Shown here: piece after piece, positions 1 through 9,180 of the stretch
How the letters are laid out: every line of letters starts with the position of its first letter
Numbering within the stretch: position 1 is the first letter of the stretch
NCBI GenBank assembly: GCA_030650025.1
Contig: JAUSEN010000007.1
Location: forward strand, 9,472-73,471
DNA length: 64,000 nucleotides
Reading direction: 5' to 3'
Origin: Candidatus Magasanikiibacteriota bacterium
GTDB lineage: Bacteria > Patescibacteriota > Patescibacteriia > Magasanikbacterales > GWA2-37-8
Made by a program: the position numbers and the translations under genes
The notes under the pieces: generated by a model
Seen by the model: the letters and a program-made list of their open reading frames with translations, nothing else
Told to the model about the DNA's origin: nothing
The model's database searches: none

Positions 1-120
1 GGCCTGCCCGCAATGCTTCGCATAGCGATGCAGGCGGGACAATTTGGATAGAAGTAGTGCCGCTCGAGCTCGTGGTGAAGGCAGTGGAATAATTTTAGTA
101 TTTTGTAGGCGATAAAAACA

Positions 121-152
121 AAAACCCTGTACCAGAACGGTACAGGGTTTTT
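121..152. terminator. Rho-independent-type hairpin AAAACCCTGTACC-agaac-GGTACAGGGTTTT; it sits just downstream of the stop of the minus-strand oxygenase gene and could act in both directions
   Basis: Perfect 13-bp inverted repeat with a 5-nt loop, flanked by A-run and T-run. Confidence 0.6.
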
Positions 153-249
153 GGAATGTGCGGACGTTTAAGTGTAGTCCGCCGCACACCCCTCCTTCAT
201 TACTAAACTAAGCTATTTTGTTCCTCCTTTTTTTGCAAGCCGCTCGGAG

Positions 250-1302
250 CTAGTCCTTGAAGCCGATCGCCTCGAGCTCCAGGTTGGACATCTCCCCGGC
301 CAGGATCCGGGGGTAGAGCCGAAGGATCTGGCGGCGCACGGCCGGCGGGTGAGCCCGCAGGAAGTGGCCATGGACCTGGAGGAAGCGGTCGCTGGCCACG
401 TGCACGAACACCGTGGAGCTGGAGCGCACCTTCACCTGGGAGCGGTCGTAGCCGCGCTGCGCGCGCACCTCCTTGAGCGCCGCGAGCATCTCGGGCAGGG
501 CCACCACCTCGTGGAAGCCGGCCCGCAGGTACCCGCCACTCTGCCACTCGAGCTGCTTGCCCACCTGGAACAGGAGGCAGCCCGGCGGCACCCGCACTAC
601 CAGCGGCTGCCAGTCGCGCAGCCAGATGCGCAGGCCCGGGTAGCTCGCCGCCCCGTGGATCGTACCCCAGTTGAAGTCGTAGTGGAAGGCGTTGAAGATC
701 TGGCCGAGCGTGACGTTGTCGAGCACCACTCCGTTCGGAGCCAGCAGGTGCGGGGCGTACCGGAAGTGCTTGGTGAAGGTGTTCGGCGGCAGGTTGTAGG
801 CCAAGGCCAGCATCTCGGCGATGGTCTCCACGCTCGCGAGCATCTGCGCGCCCCACCGGTCCATGTTCCTCTCCCAGCGGCCTTCGAACCCGGCGGGCAC
901 CACGTCCGGGGCATTGAGCGCCGGGAACTTGGTGTGCGCGGGGCGCGGTCCGACGCGCCGCATGAAGTGATAGCGGTCGTCCTCGTGGCCGAGCGGCGGG
1001 ATGTGGGGCCACAACTCCAGCGGCAGGTTGGCGATCAGGGCCCGGTGGTCGCGCGGCTGTTCCCGGGTCGAGATGCCCACCTGCCAGTGGTGCTCCGGGC
1101 GTCCATCCCGCTGCAACACTTCCCGCGGCTGGCGGAAGTACTCATCGAGCATGCGGCGATATTCCAGCTGGAAGTTCGATTCGACGCGGGGGTCGCGTAC
1201 GATGACCACCGACGTCGCGGCCAGCGAGTATGCCAGGCGGCGGCAATCATCCAGCGACTTGCCTCTTTCGATGTACCTTGCCAGATCGATGGTTTCGATC
1301 AT
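250..1302 (-). CDS. 2-oxoglutarate/Fe(II)-dependent oxygenase, isopenicillin-N-synthase-like / ACC-oxidase-like family
   Basis: ATG at 1302 (MIETIDLARYIE...) is preceded by GGAGA. The N-terminus looks like a DIOX_N domain. The C-terminus carries H-x-D ... H and an R-x-S-like motif (HYDFNWGTIH ... VPPGCLLFQVGKQLEWQSGGYLRAGFHEVV). GC content is far above the rest of the window. The ORF-track start at 1401 runs into AT-rich sequence and is unlikely to be the true start. Confidence 0.55.
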   Translation of the reverse strand: MIETIDLARYIERGKSLDDCRRLAYSLAATSVVIVRDPRVESNFQLEYRRMLDEYFRQPREVLQRDGRPEHHWQVGISTREQPRDHRALIANLPLELWPHIPPLGHEDDRYHFMRRVGPRPAHTKFPALNAPDVVPAGFEGRWERNMDRWGAQMLASVETIAEMLALAYNLPPNTFTKHFRYAPHLLAPNGVVLDNVTLGQIFNAFHYDFNWGTIHGAASYPGLRIWLRDWQPLVVRVPPGCLLFQVGKQLEWQSGGYLRAGFHEVVALPEMLAALKEVRAQRGYDRSQVKVRSSSTVFVHVASDRFLQVHGHFLRAHPPAVRRQILRLYPRILAGEMSNLELEAIGFKD

Positions 1303-1440
1303 GACGTGTCTCCTTTCGGTCGGCGCAGTTTTTGCGCCTTTGATAACCACCCTAACAAAGAGATGGAGAGATGTAAAGGACAGGTTGTAAATAAAAAACA
1401 CCCTGACAAAAATGTCGAGGTGTTTCCGTTTCGGAAGCGC

Positions 1441-2280
1441 TTATAGCTGAATGACTACCACCCGATCTCGCCCCGCGAGGTCGGTTTTTATTTCGGTTTG
1501 CGCGGTAGGCAGATATTTTTTTATGAGCGCGGTCAGGGCGGAGGATTGTGAGGGGTCGATTTCGAGAAAAATAAAAATTTTTGGTTTTAAATCGATTATT
1601 ATATTTTGTATTTGTTTGAGTAGCTGTTCGTAGAGTTCTAGGCCAGTCGCTCCACTTACGAGCGCTAGCCGTGGTTCGTGTTGAATCGATTTTTCTTCGG
1701 CAAATTGTTTACTGGTGAGATAGGGCAGGTTGGCGGTAATAATAATATTTTTATTTAAAAAAATATTATTATTATGTTTTAAAACCGGTTCCAGTAAATT
1801 ACCTTGTAAAAAATTTATCCCAACATTGTGGGCGCGGGCATTTTTGGCGGCCACGCGCAAGGCGCGGCGCGAGATATCGGTGGCGAAGATTGTTAAGGGG
1901 GTGTGTTTCGCAATCGCAATCGGGATACATCCGGAGCCGGTGCCAACATCCACGAGGAGAGTAGGTTGTAGGGAGTGGGGAGTAGTAGCGAATGATTGAA
2001 GCACCATTTCGACGGTGAGTTCCGTTTCCGGGCGGGGGATTAAGACGTGTTTATTTACAAAAAAATTCAGTCCAAAGAATTCTTTATGGCGAGTAATGTA
2101 AGCGAGGGGGACGCCGCGGTGGCGTTGCCAGGAATAAAAGCGCCAGCGGAAATATTGCCACAGCGAGAGTTTGTACTCGTGGTGAGCATATAAAAACTCA
2201 CGCGGTTTTTGAATGACGTGAGCTAAGAGCAGGTCAGTATCGGCGCCCCGCAGCCAAAATTTAATGGAGCGTCGGAGCAT
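1441..2280 (-). CDS. prmC: Release-factor glutamine N5-methyltransferase PrmC/HemK
   Basis: SAM-binding motif DVGTGSGCIPIAIA and an NPPY-type motif (ANLPY). It lies directly downstream of prfA, the classic prfA-prmC arrangement. Confidence 0.85.
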   Translation of the reverse strand: MLRRSIKFWLRGADTDLLLAHVIQKPREFLYAHHEYKLSLWQYFRWRFYSWQRHRGVPLAYITRHKEFFGLNFFVNKHVLIPRPETELTVEMVLQSFATTPHSLQPTLLVDVGTGSGCIPIAIAKHTPLTIFATDISRRALRVAAKNARAHNVGINFLQGNLLEPVLKHNNNIFLNKNIIITANLPYLTSKQFAEEKSIQHEPRLALVSGATGLELYEQLLKQIQNIIIDLKPKIFIFLEIDPSQSSALTALIKKYLPTAQTEIKTDLAGRDRVVVIQL

Positions 2281-2968
2281 TTTTTTCTAAAATTAAAACC
2301 CAATCTTGGGGGTCAGAGCTCTCTTTTTTACCAGCATTCTTTACGTCTATGCCTAACCAACCACTGCGGAGCCTATGCCTGATAGTATCAAGGTCAGAGA
2401 GCGGTATTTCTTCCCATTCCGGTTGGTAAGCTGTCTCGGAAGAGGTGAGGTCAGTCGTAGCAGGTAAGCGTAAATTTTTATAAATTTTAAATGATCGAGT
2501 GCTACCCTGGCGTAGGCTTGGGGGAAGGCTGGTGACGTTAAAGCCATTTTTTAGCTTAGCGGCCAGCGCTGTAGGATTATCAGTTCGGACATTGGCTTCG
2601 GCGGCGTAGCACCCTTGTTCAGCGGCCCAGCGTAGCCGCTCCGTAGTTATTTTATTGGAATAGGCCTCTCCGCGGAGCTCGGGAATGGTAAAGTTGTCTG
2701 TTAGCAGGGCGATGCGCAGACCACTTCTGTCTTGGATACGCAAGCTACCGCCAGCCACAATAGCTCCGCCATCTTTAAGCGCAAAAAATTTAACTCCGCT
2801 TTTTTCATCGCTATGCAGTCGACGTTTGGCTAAGCGCTGGGCTTGCGAATCGGGGTGATGGCGGTCGGGGTAAAACATACGTTCCGAGAGCATCAGAAAA
2901 TTAAGTTTATCGGCCTCTGATTCCAAGAGCTCTGGTTCTGGTGGCTCGCGGCGTTCAATTTCACGCAT
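2261..2968 (-). CDS. Hypothetical protein, possibly a GNAT-type acetyltransferase; start taken at MREIERR
   Basis: Long ORF overlapping the prmC start by about 20 nt. C-terminal GCYAAEANVRTDNPTALAAKLKNGFNV resembles the GNAT acetyl-CoA motif. The ATG lies in the recurrent TCAAATCATATG leader context, so it is preferred over the upstream TTG of the ORF track. Coordinates here may be off by 1. Confidence 0.4.
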   Translation of the reverse strand: MREIERREPPEPELLESEADKLNFLMLSERMFYPDRHHPDSQAQRLAKRRLHSDEKSGVKFFALKDGGAIVAGGSLRIQDRSGLRIALLTDNFTIPELRGEAYSNKITTERLRWAAEQGCYAAEANVRTDNPTALAAKLKNGFNVTSLPPSLRQGSTRSFKIYKNLRLPATTDLTSSETAYQPEWEEIPLSDLDTIRHRLRSGWLGIDVKNAGKKESSDPQDWVLILEKNAPTLH

Positions 2969-3098
2969 ATGATTTGACAAAATTATGCGATTCAACAGAA
3001 TCGTGTCGGGCAGTGCCTGCCTGCCCTGCCTACCGGACAGGCAGGCGGTAGGCAGGTCCTTTGAAGCCCGACCACGACCTTTGAAGCGCGATTTAAAA
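2969..3098 (-). promoter_or_regulatory. Copy of the recurrent structured 5' element: two GCTTCAAAGG boxes, GC-rich hairpins, then CACGATTCTGTTGAATCG ... GTCAAATCATATG
   Basis: Read on the minus strand: CGCGCTTCAAAGGTCG...GGGCTTCAAAGGACC...hairpin CTGCCTACCG/CGGTAGGCAG...CCCGACACGATTCTGTTGAATCGCATAATTTTGTCAAATCATATG. It is near-identical in layout to the copy upstream of tpiA. Confidence 0.5.
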
Positions 3099-3101
3099 TT
3101 G

Positions 3102-4160
3102 TTAAGCGTCTTGTTGCTCGTGTTCGGCGTTTTTGAGAGCCGTGATAATCGGCTCTAGATCGCCGTCCATAATGGTAGCGATATTATTCCAATTTTGGTG
3201 AATGCGGTGGTCGGTAATGCGATCCTGCGGGAAGTTGTAAGTGCGGATTTTTTCACTGCGGTCGCCCGTGCCGATTTGCGCGCGGCGTTTTTCAGTAATT
3301 TCTTTCATTTTTTTTTCTTGTTCTAAGGCGTAGAGGCGGGCGCGCATTACGGACATGGCTCTTTCGCGGTTGGCAAGCTGAGAACGTTCATCTTGGCACT
3401 GAACAATTAAACCGGTGGGAATAAAAACGATGCGAACAGCGGAGTAGGTAGTGTTAACGCTTTGCCCGCCTTTGCCACCGGCGGTCATAGTATCAATACG
3501 CAAGTCTTTGGGGTCAATTTTAAATTCGGTCTCTTCTATTTCGGGCATCACGGCAACAGTCACGGTCGAGGTGTGCACGCGGCCGGCTTTTTCGGTCTCG
3601 GGCACGCGTTGGACGCGGTGCACGCCCATTTCGTATTTTAAGTTTTTATAAACATCTTTGCCCTTGATAGAAAAAACAACTTCTTTAAACCCGCCGAGGC
3701 CAATTTGGTTAGAGTCAATAAAATTGGTTTTCCATTTTTTGCTTTCCGCGTATTTGGAATACAGGCGGAAGAGTTCGGCGGCGAACAGCGTGGATTCGTC
3801 GCCGCCGACGCCGGCGCGGATTTCCATAATGACATCTTTTTTATCGAGCGGGTCTTCTGGCCGCGTGAGTTCGGCAATCCCCGCGGCTAAATTTTTAATT
3901 TTTTCTTTTAATTCAAAGCTTTCGGCTTCGGCCAGATCGTGAATTTCAGAGTCAGTTTCTTTGGACATCATTAATTCGGTTTCGGCAAGACTGTTCTCGA
4001 AGGCCGCTAGTTCTTTAATTGGTTCCGCCACTGCTTTTAAATCGCTATATTCGCTAGAAACTGTTTTTAATTTTTGAGAATTACCAATAATAGCCGGATT
4101 TTGCAAATCGGTCTCCAGTTTTTGGTATTTAGCAAGAATATCGGAAAATTTTTTAAGCAT
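3102..4160 (-). CDS. prfA: Peptide chain release factor 1
   Basis: GGQ motif region ([35 protein letters not shown]) and the RF1-type tripeptide region (RVPETE, PxT class) are present. A conserved RF1 C-terminal block is present, and the gene sits upstream of prmC. Confidence 0.85.
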   Translation of the reverse strand: MLKKFSDILAKYQKLETDLQNPAIIGNSQKLKTVSSEYSDLKAVAEPIKELAAFENSLAETELMMSKETDSEIHDLAEAESFELKEKIKNLAAGIAELTRPEDPLDKKDVIMEIRAGVGGDESTLFAAELFRLYSKYAESKKWKTNFIDSNQIGLGGFKEVVFSIKGKDVYKNLKYEMGVHRVQRVPETEKAGRVHTSTVTVAVMPEIEETEFKIDPKDLRIDTMTAGGKGGQSVNTTYSAVRIVFIPTGLIVQCQDERSQLANRERAMSVMRARLYALEQEKKMKEITEKRRAQIGTGDRSEKIRTYNFPQDRITDHRIHQNWNNIATIMDGDLEPIITALKNAEHEQQDA

Positions 4161-4292
4161 AAGTTATTAGGTACGAATCCGCCACAGGCGGATTGTTAAC
4201 CGACACGAAATTTCTTCGCCTTCGGCTCGTAAATTTCGGTCGTTAACAAAAAAACAGACTACAAATAGTATAGTCTGTTTTAAATAATTTGG

Positions 4293-4652
4293 CTACGCGC
4301 CAGTTTCGACAACAGCAGTAACAGGCTCGGCTTCGCTAACAGTTTTGGCGGCTTTTTTATCTGCCGCGGCGGCTTTTTTTTCGGCTGCTTTTTTGGCAGT
4401 GACAACCGCTTTTTTTACTTTCTTACCTTTACGCACGGCCGCGACCGCGGTTTTTTTGGCGGCGCGCTCGATAAATTTCTCGACGCGGCGAGCGGTATCG
4501 ACAAATTTTTGTTTGCCAGTATAAAAAGGGTGGCATTGATTGCAGAGTTCAACGCGGATTTCTTTAAGAGTAGAGCCCGTGGTAAAAGTATTGCCGCAGG
4601 CGCACGCAACTTTGGTATCAGTATTATATTCGGGGTGAATGTCTGGTTTCAT
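4293..4652 (-). CDS. rpmE: 50S ribosomal protein L31 with an approximately 50-aa Lys/Ala-rich C-terminal extension
   Basis: [10 protein letters not shown]...CACGNTF...[10 protein letters not shown] is the L31 Zn-ribbon signature. The ATG at 4652 sits in the CAAATCATATG context, and the ORF-track start further upstream is not supported. The tail is [38 protein letters not shown]. Confidence 0.8.
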   Translation of the reverse strand: MKPDIHPEYNTDTKVACACGNTFTTGSTLKEIRVELCNQCHPFYTGKQKFVDTARRVEKFIERAAKKTAVAAVRKGKKVKKAVVTAKKAAEKKAAAADKKAAKTVSEAEPVTAVVETGA

Positions 4653-4705
4653 ATGATTTGGCGAAATCACGTCGCGCAACGTCCTTTGAAGCGCGACGCA
4701 CAGGT
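4653..4705 (-). promoter_or_regulatory. Short copy of the recurrent 5' element upstream of rpmE
   Basis: Minus strand reads GCGTCGCGCTTCAAAGGACGTTGCGCGACGTGATTTCGCCAAATCATATG. Confidence 0.5.
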
Positions 4706-4799
4706 AAATTATTGAGTAGAGTTTAGCACGAGCGTTAAAAAATGTCAACGCCGCTATTGACAGCTTGGTGTTTTTGCTTTATACTAAGCCTACTTAATT

Positions 4800-4964
4800 A
4801 ATCTCTCACCCGCCTTCGTCCCAATAAAATTGGGACTAAGGCGGGCAAGTCCGCTCTATAAAGCTGGTTTGCCCGCCCTATATTTCCTCCCTCATGATCA
4901 TTCAAGAGGGCTGGGCGGGGAGGCTACCCACGCCATAGCGGGGTTATAAAAGGAAAAATAATGT
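4800..4964 (+). promoter_or_regulatory. Structured 5' leader upstream of rpsB, a candidate S2 autoregulatory leader
   Basis: Perfect hairpin CCCGCCTTCGTCCCA-ataaaat-TGGGACTAAGGCGGG. A second GC-rich pairing is GCCCGCCC...GGGCGGGG. The region lies directly upstream of the rpsB ATG at 4965 and sits between divergent rpmE and rpsB. Confidence 0.35.
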
Positions 4965-5798
4965 ATGACAAAAATTCCAAGCATTCTGGAAATGCTTAAG
5001 GCCGGGGCGCACTTTGGGCACCAACGCAGCCGCTGGCACCCCAAAATGGCTCAATTTATTTTTGGCATCAGAAACGGGGTTCATATTATTGACCTCGAAA
5101 AAACTGCCGTGGAGTTAACTAAAGCGCTCGAGTACATCAAAACCTTAGCCAGCCAGGGCAAGGTTATTTTATTTGTGGGCACCAAGCGCCAAGCGCGCCA
5201 AGCCGTGCAAAAAACAGCCGAAGCGTGCGGCATGCCCTATGTTACGGAACGCTGGATTGGCGGCCTCTTAACTAATTTTGACGAATTTAAGCGCCGTTTG
5301 AAAAAGTTCCGCCAAATTGAGGACATGATCGCGACCGGCGAGATTGAAAAATACACCAAGAAAGAGCAAACCGTAATGAAGAAGCAATTTGAGAAGATGA
5401 AAAAATATTTGAGCGGTTTAAAAAATCTCAATGAGTTGCCGGACGCGATGTATGTGACGGATATTCGCGTGGAGAAAACCGCGGTGACCGAAGCGAACAA
5501 AGTGAACGTGCCGATGGTCGCGACTTGCGACACTAACGTCAACCCGGAAAAAGTCTTATACCCCATTCCTTGCAATGATGACGCGGTACACGCCATTGAA
5601 ATGATGACAGCTTTGATCGGGCAAGCGATAACCGAAGGCAAAGAAGAATATGCTATGCGCGCGCCTCTCCCTCCGGCGACGCCGAAGGCAGTTGCTATGC
5701 CGACAGATGGCGGAGCGCGACCAACCCTGAAGTCAGCTCCGGCCAGTACTGCTCCCAAGAAAGAACGCCGAGTGATTAAAACTCAAGAGGTGGTGTAG
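4965..5798 (+). CDS. rpsB: 30S ribosomal protein S2
   Basis: HFGHQRSRWHPKMAQFIFG.RNGVHIIDLEKT and later blocks are typical S2. It is immediately upstream of tsf. Confidence 0.9.
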   Translation: MTKIPSILEMLKAGAHFGHQRSRWHPKMAQFIFGIRNGVHIIDLEKTAVELTKALEYIKTLASQGKVILFVGTKRQARQAVQKTAEACGMPYVTERWIGGLLTNFDEFKRRLKKFRQIEDMIATGEIEKYTKKEQTVMKKQFEKMKKYLSGLKNLNELPDAMYVTDIRVEKTAVTEANKVNVPMVATCDTNVNPEKVLYPIPCNDDAVHAIEMMTALIGQAITEGKEEYAMRAPLPPATPKAVAMPTDGGARPTLKSAPASTAPKKERRVIKTQEVV

Positions 5799-5805
5799 GA
5801 TTTTT

Positions 5806-5925
5806 AGCTGTCATTTCGAACCCCGCAGAGCGGGGTGAGAAATCTCTGTCCAAATCGCGAAACGGACAGAGATCCCTCGGTCGCCTCAGGCGACCTCGGG
5901 ATGACAACAAAAACAATCAGATATC
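5806..5925 (+). promoter_or_regulatory. Multi-hairpin structured element in the rpsB-tsf intergenic region, possibly an attenuator or processing site
   Basis: Nested palindromes: CCCCGCAGAGCGGGG, CTCTGTCC-aaatcgcgaaac-GGACAGAG and GGTCGCCTCAGGCGACC, enclosed by GTCAT...ATGAC. There is no U-tract. Confidence 0.35.
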
Positions 5926-5965
5926 TCAACAACAATTTTAAGTTCGATTTTAACTCTTCAAATAT

Positions 5966-6841
5966 ATGCCAATAAGTTCGGGGGACATCATGAAATTGCG
6001 CGCCCAGACTGGCGCGGGCATGATGGATTGCAAAAACGCTTTAGAAGAAGCCGGCGGCGACATGGACAAGGCGGGCGAGATCCTGCGCAAGAAGGGGATT
6101 GTGAAAGCCGCCAAGCGCGCGGATAAAATCGCGGCCGAAGGGTTGATTGTAATTGCAAAATCACCAGATTTAAAAGCCGCGGTGCTTGTCGAAGTAAATT
6201 CGGAAACAGATTTTGTGGGCGCTAGCCCGGATTTTAAAGCTTTGGCCGAAGCCATTGCCGAGGCCGCTTTAGAGAACAAAGCCGAGAGTGTTGAGGCGGC
6301 TCTAGGCGCTAAATTAGCTAGCGGTAAAACTGTGAGCGAAGCCATGAGCGAGATGAGTTTAAAAGTAGGAGAGAAGATTGGCGTGCGCCGAGCGGTGTTG
6401 GTGACCGCTAGCTCCGGAATAGTGGCTTCGTATATTCACGGCACTAAAATCGGCGTTTTAGTAGAGTTAGAAGGCGGCGCGGCTGATTTTGGAGCCGATG
6501 TTGCCATGCACGTCGCGGCGAGCAACCCTAAATATTTAAATCGTGAAGGGGCGGACCAGACTGATATTAACAAAGAAAAAGAAATTTACGCCGAGCAGTT
6601 GCGCGCGCAAAAGAAGCCGGAAAATATTATTGAGAATATCGTGAAAGGCAAGATAGATAAATATTTTGGCGAAGTCTGTTTGCTGGAACAGCCGTTTATT
6701 AAAGATGAAGAGACCACGGTCGGCAAACTCGCGGAAAAAAACAGCGCCAAAATTATACGTTTTATACGGATGGAACTGGGTGAGGGCATTGAGAAGAAGC
6801 AGACGGATTTTGCCGCCGAAGTTAAGGCGCAGTTGAAATAA
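5966..6841 (+). CDS. tsf: Elongation factor Ts
   Basis: N-terminal ...LRAQTGAGMMDCKNALEEAGGDMDKAGEILRKKG is the EF-Ts UBA-like signature. Gene order is rpsB-tsf. Confidence 0.9.
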   Translation: MPISSGDIMKLRAQTGAGMMDCKNALEEAGGDMDKAGEILRKKGIVKAAKRADKIAAEGLIVIAKSPDLKAAVLVEVNSETDFVGASPDFKALAEAIAEAALENKAESVEAALGAKLASGKTVSEAMSEMSLKVGEKIGVRRAVLVTASSGIVASYIHGTKIGVLVELEGGAADFGADVAMHVAASNPKYLNREGADQTDINKEKEIYAEQLRAQKKPENIIENIVKGKIDKYFGEVCLLEQPFIKDEETTVGKLAEKNSAKIIRFIRMELGEGIEKKQTDFAAEVKAQLK

Positions 6842-6932
6842 AGCTCAAGATAAGGCTTAGTTGACAGGTTTAGTAGCTGTGGTAAGGTAATATTTAGAGT
6901 GATTTATTAAATTAATTTAATAATTCAAATAT

Positions 6933-7244
6933 ATGGGAGAATTTGATAAATTTGGCAATAGAATATTACAAGAGCCAGGCGCAGAGCCGGGGCATGTTTA
7001 TAGCGTTGATTTAGGGAGGCCAAAGGAGCCAAAATTGCGATTTGATCCGGCTAATGTTAGTATTTATTTATACACTTTTTCTGATATGGTTCTCCGCGGC
7101 CGGCGTCTGCTTGATAAAGCGGATATAGAACGATTTATTACAGAAATGAAAGCGAAATACGATGGCGTTGATGAGGAGGCTTTGCGAGCCGAAGTGAAGA
7201 GAATGGCGGAGGCGCATGGTAATGAATTGAGCCAAGCCGCTTAA
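6933..7244 (+). CDS. Hypothetical protein (103 aa)
   Basis: Clean ORF followed by a strong terminator. No recognisable motif. Confidence 0.4.
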   Translation: MGEFDKFGNRILQEPGAEPGHVYSVDLGRPKEPKLRFDPANVSIYLYTFSDMVLRGRRLLDKADIERFITEMKAKYDGVDEEALRAEVKRMAEAHGNELSQAA

Positions 7245-7257
7245 GTAGTAAAACAAA

Positions 7258-7297
7258 CCCCCGCCCCGAGCGAAGTCGAGGGGCGGGGTTTTTTTAT
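7258..7297 (+). terminator. Rho-independent terminator
   Basis: CCCCGCCCC-gagcgaagtcga-GGGGCGGGG followed by TTTTTTTATTTTT. Confidence 0.8.
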
Positions 7298-7383
7298 TTT
7301 TGATTTCTTGGTATACTAATAATGAGTCGCCAGCGCGGATGAAATAATTTTTTAATGTTAAAATGTTAATAAGTTAATTTGTT

Positions 7384-8418
7384 ATGTCAATTAAGATTGC
7401 GATAAACGGATTTGGTAGGATCGGCCGGCAGGCCTTTAAGGTGGCTTTGGAACATAAAAAAATTCAGGTGCTCGCGATTAACGATTTAGCCGACCCCAAG
7501 ACTCTGGCGCATTTATTAAAATACGACACGGCCTATGGCCAGTACCCGCGCGCGGTTTCTTTTGACGAGAAAAATATTATTGTCGCTGGCCAGAAATTCC
7601 CGGTATTGAATGAAAAAGATCCGGCGCTATTACCATGGAAGAAATTAAAGATTGATGTGGTCCTAGAGAATACGGGTCGCTTTACTAAGAAAGAAGACGC
7701 GGAGAAGCATATTCAAGCGGGCGCGAAAAAAGTTATTATCAGCGCCCCGGCCAAGCCCTCCTCATCGGCGGGCGGGGTGGGCGTCCCGACTTATGTACTC
7801 GGCGTCAATGGTAATAAGATTCAAAAAGAAACGGCCAAGATAGTGAATAACGCTTCTTGCACCACTAACTGCATCGCGCCAGTCATGGCCGTGCTCGAGG
7901 ATGCTTTTGGCATTGAGAAGGCGATGATGACCACGATTCACGCTTATACGGCCGAGCAGAATTTGCAGGACGCGCCGCCGCCCGGCCTTAAGTCCGGTGA
8001 TTTACGGCGCGCGCGAGCGGCTGGTTTTAACATTGTCCCGACCTCGACAGGCGCGGCCAAGGCGGTCGCCGAAGCGATCCCCAGCCTTAAGGGAATTTTT
8101 GACGGCGTGGCTTTTCGGGTGCCAATTTTAACCGGTTCGCTTTCCGATATCACAGTGGTTTTAAAAAAACAAGTTACTAAAGATGAGGTGAACGCGGCGC
8201 TTATTAAAGCCGTAACTTTGCCGCGCTTCAAGGGTATATTAAGGGTAACCAGCGAGCCTTTGGTATCGTCCGATTTTATTGGCGACAGCGCTTCCAGCAT
8301 TGTGGATTTAAGTTTAACCAATGTGGTTGGCGGTAATTTGGTTAAGGTAGTGGCCTGGTATGACAACGAAGCGGGGTACGCGCACCGGCTGGTGGAGCTC
8401 GCGGAAATGTGGGGTTAA
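7384..8418 (+). CDS. gap: Glyceraldehyde-3-phosphate dehydrogenase
   Basis: NGFGRIGR NAD-binding motif and the active-site region ASCTTNCIAP. Confidence 0.9.
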   Translation: MSIKIAINGFGRIGRQAFKVALEHKKIQVLAINDLADPKTLAHLLKYDTAYGQYPRAVSFDEKNIIVAGQKFPVLNEKDPALLPWKKLKIDVVLENTGRFTKKEDAEKHIQAGAKKVIISAPAKPSSSAGGVGVPTYVLGVNGNKIQKETAKIVNNASCTTNCIAPVMAVLEDAFGIEKAMMTTIHAYTAEQNLQDAPPPGLKSGDLRRARAAGFNIVPTSTGAAKAVAEAIPSLKGIFDGVAFRVPILTGSLSDITVVLKKQVTKDEVNAALIKAVTLPRFKGILRVTSEPLVSSDFIGDSASSIVDLSLTNVVGGNLVKVVAWYDNEAGYAHRLVELAEMWG

Positions 8419-8563
8419 AGCTATTTTTACTTATCCACAGGCAGGTTTAGCGTTTTTGGTGTATAATATGAAAGTCAAAAATGTGAGAAAAATTGCCAAT
8501 AAAAAAGAGAATTAATTTTTTGCATATTTATTTTATTAATTATTATTAGTAACTAAAGAAAGT

Positions 8564-8986
8564 ATGAATAATAAGGCAGTAGCAGCGATAGCAGGGGCGC
8601 TGATCTTAGTAGCAGTGGTGTTAGTATGGGGGGCGGGAGAAATAAAATCGTTGCATACATTGGCCACAGTGCCAGAAGGCGAATATAGCATGATTTATTT
8701 AACGAACGGCGAGACTTATGTTGGGAAAGTAAAACCTAAGGCAAGTTATTTGGAGGTAACAGAGGGAAATTTATTAGCAATTAGTAATGTTGTTAAGGGC
8801 GGGAAAGCGTTTCTTGATTATCGCCTGACATCTTTTAACAAAGGAGTGCTCTGGAAAAGCGAACGGTTAGTTATTAATTTTGATAGTGTCGTATTTTACG
8901 CGCCGCTCTTAAAGAGCAGTGAAGTAGTGAAAGCCTTGGAAAGGGCGCAGAAAGCAGGAGTGGTAGAAGAGACAGCGACGGAGTAA
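8564..8986 (+). CDS. Hypothetical membrane-anchored protein
   Basis: N-terminal hydrophobic helix AVAAIAGALILVAVVLVWGA. No other motif. Confidence 0.4.
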   Translation: MNNKAVAAIAGALILVAVVLVWGAGEIKSLHTLATVPEGEYSMIYLTNGETYVGKVKPKASYLEVTEGNLLAISNVVKGGKAFLDYRLTSFNKGVLWKSERLVINFDSVVFYAPLLKSSEVVKALERAQKAGVVEETATE

Positions 8987-9180
8987 GCCAGCTTATTAAT
9001 TTATTAAATATAATAAAATAATTAAAGGGGGTTATAAATCGAAAGTAGTTTTAAAAAATCAAAAACATTATTATCCCTACATGTAAGTGCAATTTTATTA
9101 GGTCGATAAAATTGTATAATAAAGGTAAGGTCAATAATAAATAAATTTAATAATCATTTAATCTTAATTCATAAAAAACT

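Noticed and set aside
203-1446. Long ORFs 203..1012(-), 349..1446(+), 597..914(-) and 1001..1390(+) overlapping the oxygenase gene
   Set aside because: They are Arg/Ala/Pro-rich low-complexity translations typical of off-frame reading in very GC-rich DNA. Only the 250..1302(-) frame has recognisable enzyme motifs and a ribosome-binding site.
5237-6345. Antisense ORFs 5237..5758(-) within rpsB and 5950..6345(-) within tsf
   Set aside because: They lie opposite strongly supported conserved genes and have no motifs.
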